Shown here piece by piece: positions 57,168 through 64,000 of a stretch of 64,000 nucleotides of DNA. Below the pieces are notes generated by a model, which was given only the letters and a program-made list of their open reading frames with translations, was not told where the DNA came from and made no database searches. The stretch is taken from positions 44,009-108,008 of the forward strand of contig CASIAI010000003.1 in assembly GCA_949372655.1 (NCBI GenBank). Reading direction: 5' to 3'. Origin of the DNA: Candidatus Poseidoniaceae archaeon (GTDB taxonomy: Archaea; Thermoplasmatota; Poseidoniia; Poseidoniales; Poseidoniaceae). Position 1 is the stretch's first letter, and each line of letters begins with the position of its first letter. The position numbers were made by a program, and so were the translations under genes.

Positions 57168-58286
57168 TTAATCATCCAAAGGCGGTAAATCCGGAACTAC
57201 CTTTCTATTGACGGCTAACTCAGCAGCAACTATTGCTTCCTGTTCAGCGATTCTAACTCTTTCTTCTTCTGCTAAACGCTTTTCTTCATCATCTAAGAGT
57301 TTTTGTTCCTCTTCCAATTTCCTCTGTTCTTCTAGCTCTGCCATTTCAATGCTTTCTGCAGCCAAACGTTGTTCTTCAGACATTATATTTCTTGCTTCTT
57401 CAACCATCTTTAGATGTGCTTCTTCATCAGCCTTAATTCGTGCTTCTTCGGCTAGTCTTAATTTTTCAGTTTGCTCTTTAGCCAAACGATTTTCTTCCTC
57501 TGTTTTTGCACTTTCTTCGGCTAGTTTTCTCTGTTCTTCTGCTTGTTGTGCTTTTAGTTTGGCTTCTGCGGCTAGTCGTTGTTCTTCAGCGATTTTAATT
57601 CGAGTTTCTTCTTCAATCTTGATTCGTACTTCTTCTTCTGCTCTTTTTCGGGCATCTCCCTCTAGTTGAGCTCTAACCTGAGCTTCAGCCACCAATCTTT
57701 TCTCTTCTTCGATTTTGGCCTTTGCTTCATTCTCAGCATTGATACGTTCGGTTTCTTCTGTAATCCTTCTTGCTTCAGCAACTGCTCTAGCTTCTTGTTC
57801 GGCCCTCATACGAGCCTGAGATTCAATAATTTCATTTACATCAACCTCATTACTAACAGATTCATTTTCTTCAGATTCAACTCTTATTTCGGTCACTTCT
57901 GTTATTTCAATGATATTTTGTTCTGCCCTCATTCGAGCCTCAGTTTCAGAATATACTTTTGCTTCAGCCTCGGCACGAAGTCTCGATTGAATAACTAGCT
58001 CTTGTTCTAATCTGGCTTCATTTTCCATTCTCTCGCTCAATGTGAATCTGTCCATTACTACATTGAATATTTCATTGTACTCTTCATCACTTAGTTCTAG
58101 GATTTCGGTTCTAGCTAAGATCATAAATTGCTCTACATTATACTGGTTAAACATACCATCATGTAAGGCCAATTTAGTTCGTAAAATTTGGTAAAATTTA
58201 CGATGTTCTGACTTAATTACTCCATCAGAAGTGATAAAATCTTGTACGAGAGTTAACACTTCCGTCATGTTTAACTCATCGGACAT
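57168..58286 (-). CDS. Charged coiled-coil protein: a roughly 95-aa N-terminal globular domain followed by about 270 aa of E/R/A/K-rich repeats (single-alpha-helix-like)
   Basis: Repeating AEEQRKLAEE, RLAAEAKLKA and EEARIKADEE units. The DNA shows matching imperfect tandem repeats. Confidence 0.5.
   Translation of the reverse strand: MSDELNMTEVLTLVQDFITSDGVIKSEHRKFYQILRTKLALHDGMFNQYNVEQFMILARTEILELSDEEYNEIFNVVMDRFTLSERMENEARLEQELVIQSRLRAEAEAKVYSETEARMRAEQNIIEITEVTEIRVESEENESVSNEVDVNEIIESQARMRAEQEARAVAEARRITEETERINAENEAKAKIEEEKRLVAEAQVRAQLEGDARKRAEEEVRIKIEEETRIKIAEEQRLAAEAKLKAQQAEEQRKLAEESAKTEEENRLAKEQTEKLRLAEEARIKADEEAHLKMVEEARNIMSEEQRLAAESIEMAELEEQRKLEEEQKLLDDEEKRLAEEERVRIAEQEAIVAAELAVNRKVVPDLPPLDD
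57236..57986. repeat. Imperfect tandem coding repeats (about 30 to 40 bp units) underlying the E/R/A-rich helix
   Basis: Recurrent cttcggctagt / gcttcttc / ttgttcttc strings on the plus strand. Confidence 0.4.
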
Positions 58287-58340
58287 GACGATTCCATAAG
58301 GTTATGACTTTTGTTCTTTACTCCTATATTCTTTTTTGAC

Positions 58341-59900
58341 TCAATAGGTTTTGGCTAGGATTACTTTTCTAGTTGTAGGCTTATCTGACATATGACAAGG
58401 TCTTGCTGCATCAAATTCTTCAGTTGCATCACCTAAGAATGTGAGTCCAGTATGTCTTTCGATAACTTCTGCATGCGCATCGGTTCCATCGAAGGCTATT
58501 TGGTAAATTTTACCATCTTCGATAACACCATTCATAGACCAAACTCCATCTGTTTCTTTGAACTCAGGTAATGGCTGAATAACATCATCCATGTGAATAG
58601 AAGAACGTTTTCTCAATTCATCTGAAACCTCTTCAAGTGCTGCTCTACAACTTTCGACAATTGTATCCATCGGAAGCGGTTCTTTACCACCGGTTCGTTT
58701 TGCTGCAAAGACAGTACCTTGGGCAATATCACGAGGACCCAAATCAAGTCTTAGAGGTACTCCTTTTATTTCCCAATCATAATATTTCTGTCCAGCACGA
58801 ATATCTCTAGAATCAACCTTCACTCTAAATCCACTATTTCGTAGAGTTTCTGCAATTTCATTGGCAGCACTTACAGTATCAACTTCGGAATTCTTCTTTA
58901 TCATAGGACAAATTACTATCTGATGTGGAGCTATTGCAGGTGGCATAATTAGTCCATTATCATCGCCATGCATTCCAACTACTGCCCCTAGTAACCTCTC
59001 AGACATACCATAAGTAGTCTGGTGACAATATTGCTGTTTAGCCTCAAGATTTTCATATTTAATATCGAACGCTTTTGCCCACTGGTCACGGTAGTGATGG
59101 CATGATGCAACTTGTAAGGTCCTACCATTTGGCATTACAGCATCGATTCCAATAGTGTACCAAGCGCCAGGGAAAGTATCCCAAATAGGTCTCTTAGCTT
59201 TGATTATTGGTAAGCATAAGTCATTCATTATTCGGTCTACGATTTCTAAGTCTTCTGCGATTTGTCTTGTTGCATCATCTTCTGTAGCATGGGCTGTGTG
59301 GGCTTCAAAGAAATGAATTTCTCTTACTCTGATAAATGAGCGAGTTTGTTTTGTTTCATATCTAAAAGTATTAACCATTTGATATATTTTTAATGGTAAA
59401 TCTTTATGAGAGCGAATCCATAATGGAAACATAGTATACATTGCAGTCTCCGAAGTTGGACGTAAAAACATAGGTATGTCTAAGTCATTATCTCCTGCAT
59501 GTTTTACCCAGTAAACTTCTTTTTTGAACCCACCCTCTTCATCTTCATCTCTTAACTCGTCAGGGTCTACACCTTCTTCTCTTGCTCGCTTTAATCTTGC
59601 GACAAGAGCGTTTTCTTTTTCTAGAAGCTTCTCAGGTATTAGAAGCGGAAAGTTAACTTCTTCATGGTCTGTTCTTTCCATCTCATTATGAGTTAGATTA
59701 TCGATAAGACGCATTGTCTTCCAACCATAAGGTCTCCAGACATCCATTCCTTTAATTGGATATCTTTTGTCGACAAGATCTGATGCTTCAACGATGAATG
59801 GGTACCATTCATTGAAATTTTCCACCTTAGAAGGTATTCCCCTCTTGGCTTTACCCGGACCTTGGCTCATATTCTCAACTGCAATCATCTCTCTCATCAA
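58341..59900 (-). CDS. proS: Prolyl-tRNA synthetase (archaeal/eukaryotic type)
   Basis: ENFNEWYPFIVEASDL N-terminus, class II core, C-terminal zinc-binding-like domain ending in Y. 519 aa. Confidence 0.75.
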   Translation of the reverse strand: MMREMIAVENMSQGPGKAKRGIPSKVENFNEWYPFIVEASDLVDKRYPIKGMDVWRPYGWKTMRLIDNLTHNEMERTDHEEVNFPLLIPEKLLEKENALVARLKRAREEGVDPDELRDEDEEGGFKKEVYWVKHAGDNDLDIPMFLRPTSETAMYTMFPLWIRSHKDLPLKIYQMVNTFRYETKQTRSFIRVREIHFFEAHTAHATEDDATRQIAEDLEIVDRIMNDLCLPIIKAKRPIWDTFPGAWYTIGIDAVMPNGRTLQVASCHHYRDQWAKAFDIKYENLEAKQQYCHQTTYGMSERLLGAVVGMHGDDNGLIMPPAIAPHQIVICPMIKKNSEVDTVSAANEIAETLRNSGFRVKVDSRDIRAGQKYYDWEIKGVPLRLDLGPRDIAQGTVFAAKRTGGKEPLPMDTIVESCRAALEEVSDELRKRSSIHMDDVIQPLPEFKETDGVWSMNGVIEDGKIYQIAFDGTDAHAEVIERHTGLTFLGDATEEFDAARPCHMSDKPTTRKVILAKTY

Positions 59901-59930
59901 GATGACGCTTGAAAAATAAAATTCTACCCA

Positions 59931-60182
59931 TTATCTCTTGGTTTTTATCAAAGCCATAATGGCTGCCAAACACCAAACGATTTCTAATACTAAGAATGCC
60001 CATTCGTAAATTAATAATGCACGTATAGCGAGTAATCCTGAACCTATCGCCATCAGAGATAGATATCTGGTATCTTTACTCCCCAAGATATCTCTAGTTT
60101 CCAACAAAAAGGCGACTAAAATACAAATCATACCGATATATGACAGTATTTCAGTAAAAATATCAATATCCATTTGTCTCAC
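59931..60182 (-). CDS. Small membrane protein (2 TM)
   Basis: ORF only. Shares a 4-bp overlap with the upstream gene. Confidence 0.3.
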   Translation of the reverse strand: MRQMDIDIFTEILSYIGMICILVAFLLETRDILGSKDTRYLSLMAIGSGLLAIRALLIYEWAFLVLEIVWCLAAIMALIKTKR

Positions 60183-60805
60183 TTCTTTCGAAGTAACACT
60201 ATTGTTCCAATCAATAATATCACGAGGGCAACGACGTCGGGAATTCCAATCCCGCCAGCAGTTCCACCTAAGCCTGAAGCACTATCATCTAAAAGAGAAT
60301 AAGACCAACCTTCTGATGAGCCTATTTTATGTGGACTCAATAAATTGATTCTTGTTTGCTCAGCCCCACGACATTGTTCATCAACATCACATAATGATCC
60401 TAGTACTTTAGAGAGTAGTCCAAACAAGTTAGCGATAACCAATAATAATCCGGATATTGACGCAAACTTCAATAATTTAGAATTATTACTTTTGATGCTT
60501 GGCAAATTAGGCATATCTAGGTGTGGTAAGTCATTGACTGGAAGTCCAAGTGGCTCAATCACTTCGATTAACATGTTAGTTGGAGGTGCAACCTCAGTAA
60601 CAGGTATACCTGGAGTCTGGTCAATAAAGTCACGGGATTTAACAGGTTTAACCGGAGCAATTTTGATCCCATACAATCGGTCTGCTAAACTTACCAATGC
60701 AGCATCATCTGCTATTTCAGATGGGTCGAGTTCACCATCCAATAGTTGTTGAAGTCTATCTCTCATGTCAGACATAGTAATCCCCCGTAATGCGAGGGTG
60801 TGCAC
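60179..60805 (-). CDS. Hypothetical protein with a C-terminal TM anchor
   Basis: ORF only. Confidence 0.3.
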   Translation of the reverse strand: MHTLALRGITMSDMRDRLQQLLDGELDPSEIADDAALVSLADRLYGIKIAPVKPVKSRDFIDQTPGIPVTEVAPPTNMLIEVIEPLGLPVNDLPHLDMPNLPSIKSNNSKLLKFASISGLLLVIANLFGLLSKVLGSLCDVDEQCRGAEQTRINLLSPHKIGSSEGWSYSLLDDSASGLGGTAGGIGIPDVVALVILLIGTIVLLRKK

Positions 60806-60855
60806 TTATCATTCAAGAATCCTCCTTTCGAGGGTTGAATAATATTTTGATGGCT

Positions 60856-61518
60856 TCAAGCATTACCTGCTGCTTCTACATCGGCCCAGTCCTTCATAAA
60901 GCCATCAATTCCCTTATCGGTCAGAGGATGCTTCATCAACTGTCGGAAAATTTTTGCTGGCATAGTTGCTGTATGTGCACCAAGTTGAATACACTGTAGA
61001 ACATGGGTTGGATGTCGAATGGAAGCAGCAAGAACCTTTGTTGTAATACTTGGGTAATTATCCCATGTTGCCATAATTTCAGCGATTAAGTTCATTCCGT
61101 CGTGTCCAGTATCGTCAATTCTTCCGATGAAAGGAGATACATAAGTCGCTCCTGCTTTTGCAGCCATCAAAGCTTGCGATGACGAAAAAATCAATGTGAC
61201 ATTTGTTTTGATACCTTTATCAGACAGAGTTTTTGTGGCTGCTAATCCTTCGGGAGTGCAAGGTATTTTGATAATAACATTTTCAGGTAGTTCTGCTTTA
61301 AGAGCCAAACCCTGTTCTACCATTCCAGCAGTATCAAGGGCAGTAACTTCAGCAGAGATTGGTCCATTACATATTGATGCGATTTCTCTTACTACTTTTT
61401 TAAAATCACGGCCACTTTTCTTTATCAGTGAGGGATTTGTAGTCACACCGTCAAGTATTCCCCATGCGGCTATTTCACGAATTTCATCTACATCAGCGGT
61501 GTCTAAAAAGAACTCCAT
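60856..61518 (-). CDS. tal: Transaldolase (short Fsa/TalC type)
   Basis: [13 protein letters not shown]...GVTTNPSLI and the catalytic Lys region IKIP. 220 aa. Confidence 0.75.
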   Translation of the reverse strand: MEFFLDTADVDEIREIAAWGILDGVTTNPSLIKKSGRDFKKVVREIASICNGPISAEVTALDTAGMVEQGLALKAELPENVIIKIPCTPEGLAATKTLSDKGIKTNVTLIFSSSQALMAAKAGATYVSPFIGRIDDTGHDGMNLIAEIMATWDNYPSITTKVLAASIRHPTHVLQCIQLGAHTATMPAKIFRQLMKHPLTDKGIDGFMKDWADVEAAGNA

Positions 61519-61565
61519 GATTATGTGGAATAGAAGGCACTCTTTGAATTATCCGTATGAACAAA

Positions 61566-63821
61566 TTATTTCTTATTCCGGTAAAGGAATATCATGGAAC
61601 CTACTATTATCGATACAACAGAGGCTATGTAAATGTAATCAGTAGTCGAAATAATAGATTTTGTTTGGGTAGAATCATTAGAACTAGAATTTTCTTCGCT
61701 GTTATTTTCTTTCTCTATATTACTTTCATTTACAGAATTAATGGAGTCATCACAATAATCTGGAATGAGGTCTAAATCTGTATCGATAGAATCGTTGCCG
61801 CCAGGGCACTTGTCCTCTCCGTCATTTATTCCATCTAGATCAGAATCTTTTTGAAATATGCTACAGCCATCTATATCTACGATTTCATCTCCTGATGGAA
61901 TTGAAGTATTAGGGCATAAATCCATTTCATCTGCAACTCCATCATTATCAGAATCAATTAACTCATCACAATCATCGGGAATGGAATCATTGTCTATATC
62001 AATCAAATCATTAAACCCGACACATAAGTCTAATTCATCAATAATACTATCATTATCAGAATCAATGAATGTATCACATCCATCCGGAACCATATCACTA
62101 TCATTATCGATATTATCATCAAAGCCATTACATAAATCTAAACTATCTCTTACTCCGTCATTATCAGAATCAATTATTGCATCACAGTCATCAGGTATAT
62201 TATCTCCATCAGAATCTTTGAAATCATCAAAACCATTACAATTATCCAAATCATCAGTAACTCCATCTAAATCACTATCATCAAGACATCCATCACCATC
62301 TTTATCCCACGGAATAGAATTCTCATCAGGGCATAAATCATTCCAATTTTCAATATATTCACCTGGTGTCATGACTTTACCATAAAAAGCGATATGATTA
62401 GAATCATACCTACGAACTTTGAACACTTTGTTTCCATTACCAGTGTAGATAGAATCGCCCTGTGATAGAACCTCACCAGAATTTATTGGACTGATATATT
62501 TCCAAACAACTTCTCCTTGTAAGTCAACTTCAATAAGTGTGCCTTGAGTTCCATAAGTGATCAATGTATTACCATTTGTTAGTCTTTCAACGCCAGATAT
62601 TGATGGAGCATACATATCAGTTCCAATATCCCAACTCCAATTTACAGTTTTAGGCCCATATGCCTCACTGTTATTTTTTTGATAAGTTCCATTAATTTCA
62701 GGTGGTGATATTATATCGACAGAAGAATAGAGAGTGTTTCTACCATTGCCATTATTAAAAACAATCAAATCTCCAGCATTGGGTCTTTCTTGCTCAATCC
62801 ATTGAACGTCGTGTTGGCCGAATAATTGCTGGTCACTATTATCTCCAGCACGGTATGCTTCAGGATTACCCCACCTGTATAGAATATCTCCACCCATGTT
62901 ACTATTTCCACCGCTATGTCCTGCGGCTTCAATCGTTGTAGTACTGTGGTCTATAATGTAAATTTCATTCATGTTCTTACAGGAAATAGCGATTTGGTCT
63001 AATTCCAAATTATAATCAATTCCATTACAATGCATCCAATCACGTCCACCTGAAGCACCACTTGTGGCATCATTAAAGTTAACATCTAATAATTCTGGAT
63101 GCTGACTAACTACTCCGTAGTTATCTTTTGATGAGTCGAAGTCTTGAATTAAGTGATCCCAAGCATGCCACTCCCAAACTATCTCTACATCTTGTGTTCC
63201 GATGGGTTTAATTTCTAAAATCTTGTCAGGCCATAGAGTTGTAGAAGTTACGGTTTTATCGGAATTGGTAGATTCAGAATTCCTTCCCGATTGAGCAACT
63301 TCTTGTTCAGTCTTCTCCTCCCATGCTATCAATAGAATATTTCCATTAGGCATTGGTTCAATATCATGATGGCTCCTATGGTCTCTTGTAGAATAGTTCC
63401 ATGACCATTCTAGTTCCCCATCCCAAGAAATTCTTTCAATATTTCCAGATGCACCTCCTGCTGAGAAGTCACCAGGTTGGGTATTACCTAAATTACCAGT
63501 ACGTAGTAAGTCACCATCATCGAGTAAGTAAGCCGATAAACCTGGGCGAAGACCACTTGCTGACTGCCAGTTATGTACCTCTCTTCCATGTTCGTCAATT
63601 AGGTAGGAAGTGGTAGAAGATATTGGTGAAAGAAGTGTATATCCAATATTCATGTTGGAATTGCAGTAAATTAAACCAACACTCCATGATTCATTTCTAT
63701 CAGCATTACACACAGGAACTTGAGAGTTTTCAACTTCTAATGCTGTAGAATTAGGGGCAACTATCAATAGCGAAGCAAAAATCAATGCAATCAAAAAATA
63801 CGCAGTATTAGTCGCTCGCAT
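61566..63821 (-). CDS. Secreted surface protein: signal peptide, arylsulfotransferase-like beta-propeller-type domain, tandem thrombospondin-type-3-like Ca-binding repeats, S/N/T-rich linker, and a C-terminal TM helix with a terminal basic tail (RNKK)
   Basis: N-terminal hydrophobic signal. HHDIEPMPNGNILLI / WEWHAWDHL is ASST-like. At least 6 D-x-D-x-D-G-x-x-D-x-x-D-L-C repeats. The C-terminus is YIYIASVVSIIVGSMIFLYRNKK. Confidence 0.55.
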   Translation of the reverse strand: MRATNTAYFLIALIFASLLIVAPNSTALEVENSQVPVCNADRNESWSVGLIYCNSNMNIGYTLLSPISSTTSYLIDEHGREVHNWQSASGLRPGLSAYLLDDGDLLRTGNLGNTQPGDFSAGGASGNIERISWDGELEWSWNYSTRDHRSHHDIEPMPNGNILLIAWEEKTEQEVAQSGRNSESTNSDKTVTSTTLWPDKILEIKPIGTQDVEIVWEWHAWDHLIQDFDSSKDNYGVVSQHPELLDVNFNDATSGASGGRDWMHCNGIDYNLELDQIAISCKNMNEIYIIDHSTTTIEAAGHSGGNSNMGGDILYRWGNPEAYRAGDNSDQQLFGQHDVQWIEQERPNAGDLIVFNNGNGRNTLYSSVDIISPPEINGTYQKNNSEAYGPKTVNWSWDIGTDMYAPSISGVERLTNGNTLITYGTQGTLIEVDLQGEVVWKYISPINSGEVLSQGDSIYTGNGNKVFKVRRYDSNHIAFYGKVMTPGEYIENWNDLCPDENSIPWDKDGDGCLDDSDLDGVTDDLDNCNGFDDFKDSDGDNIPDDCDAIIDSDNDGVRDSLDLCNGFDDNIDNDSDMVPDGCDTFIDSDNDSIIDELDLCVGFNDLIDIDNDSIPDDCDELIDSDNDGVADEMDLCPNTSIPSGDEIVDIDGCSIFQKDSDLDGINDGEDKCPGGNDSIDTDLDLIPDYCDDSINSVNESNIEKENNSEENSSSNDSTQTKSIISTTDYIYIASVVSIIVGSMIFLYRNKK
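61720..62330. repeat. Tandem coding repeats for TSP3-like Asp-rich Ca-binding modules
   Basis: Reiterated gaatcaat...gcatcacagtcatc motifs encoding IDSDNDxxxDxxDLC. Confidence 0.45.
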
Positions 63822-63848
63822 ACTAATGTCACTCGTTTATTACTTTCA

Positions 63849-64000
63849 TTATTTTCTATTGATTGCTCTATTGACTGCATCTTCGATGAATGGGCTTGAA
63901 ATTTCAAGCAAGTCTAGCATTTCATCCGATTGACCAGATTCTCCAAATCTATCTTTAACACCAACCATTTCTAATGGTACAGGGCAATTGGAAGATAGAT
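63849..64000 (-). CDS. Transketolase C-terminal subunit (3' end only; the gene continues beyond the window)
   Basis: Manual translation of the minus strand gives ...VGVKDRFGESGQSDEMLDLLEISSPFIEDAVNRAINRK*, the conserved transketolase C-terminal tail. The stop is at 63849..63851. Confidence 0.5.
   Translation of the reverse strand, partial: LSSNCPVPLEMVGVKDRFGESGQSDEMLDLLEISSPFIEDAVNRAINRK

Noticed and set aside
57208-57998. Two plus-strand ORFs, Ser/Ala/Cys-rich and Phe-rich, of 153 and 110 aa
   Set aside because: They are the antisense reading of the tandem E/R/A repeat region of the coiled-coil gene. Their low-complexity composition is a mirror artefact of the repeats.
61858-62385. 175-aa Ser-rich plus-strand ORF
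   Set aside because: Antisense to the Asp-rich TSP3-like repeats of the surface protein, where GAT/GAC codons read as Ser codons on the opposite strand.
1-64000. Searched intergenic gaps for tRNA/rRNA, CRISPR arrays, IS elements, integrases or toxin-antitoxin pairs
   Set aside because: No gap exceeds 160 bp. None shows GC-rich cloverleaf-like segments, repeat-spacer periodicity, terminal inverted repeats or transposase/integrase ORFs. The window looks like core chromosome rather than a mobile island.

Overview
The window is a gene-dense (about 90% coding) stretch of a low-GC (roughly 40%) archaeal chromosome, annotated here from the sequence alone. No tRNA, rRNA, CRISPR array or mobile element was recognised. 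The archaeal assignment rests on several features: the str operon (rps12-rps7-aEF-2), the conserved exosome superoperon (psmA-sdo1-rrp4-rrp41-rrp42-rpl37ae-pcc1-pfdB), and TiaS, IPK, digeranylgeranylglycerophospholipid reductase, SRP54, RFC large subunit and archaeal-type GlyRS and ProRS. Acidic proteomes, many zinc-ribbon decorations and giant Ca-binding surface proteins are compatible with a Thermoplasmatota or marine-group-II-like euryarchaeon, but this cannot be confirmed without searches. About 58 CDS were called. The most notable items are these. An isoprenoid cluster with IPK next to a fused type-1 IDI–GGPP synthase, plus a UbiD-family decarboxylase about 4 kb away (the alternative archaeal mevalonate route is one possibility). 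An actin/MreB-like ATPase paired with a unique double-zinc-ribbon protein. A bacterial-length (1761 aa) Lhr helicase. An exosortase/archaeosortase-family protein beside a giant lectin-bearing surface protein, with a second surface protein carrying a C-terminal sorting-signal-like tail. A degenerate KaiC-like ATPase surrounded by small membrane proteins. A MOSC-domain gene translationally coupled to aEF-2. All functional calls come from motif recognition in the translations, not database searches.
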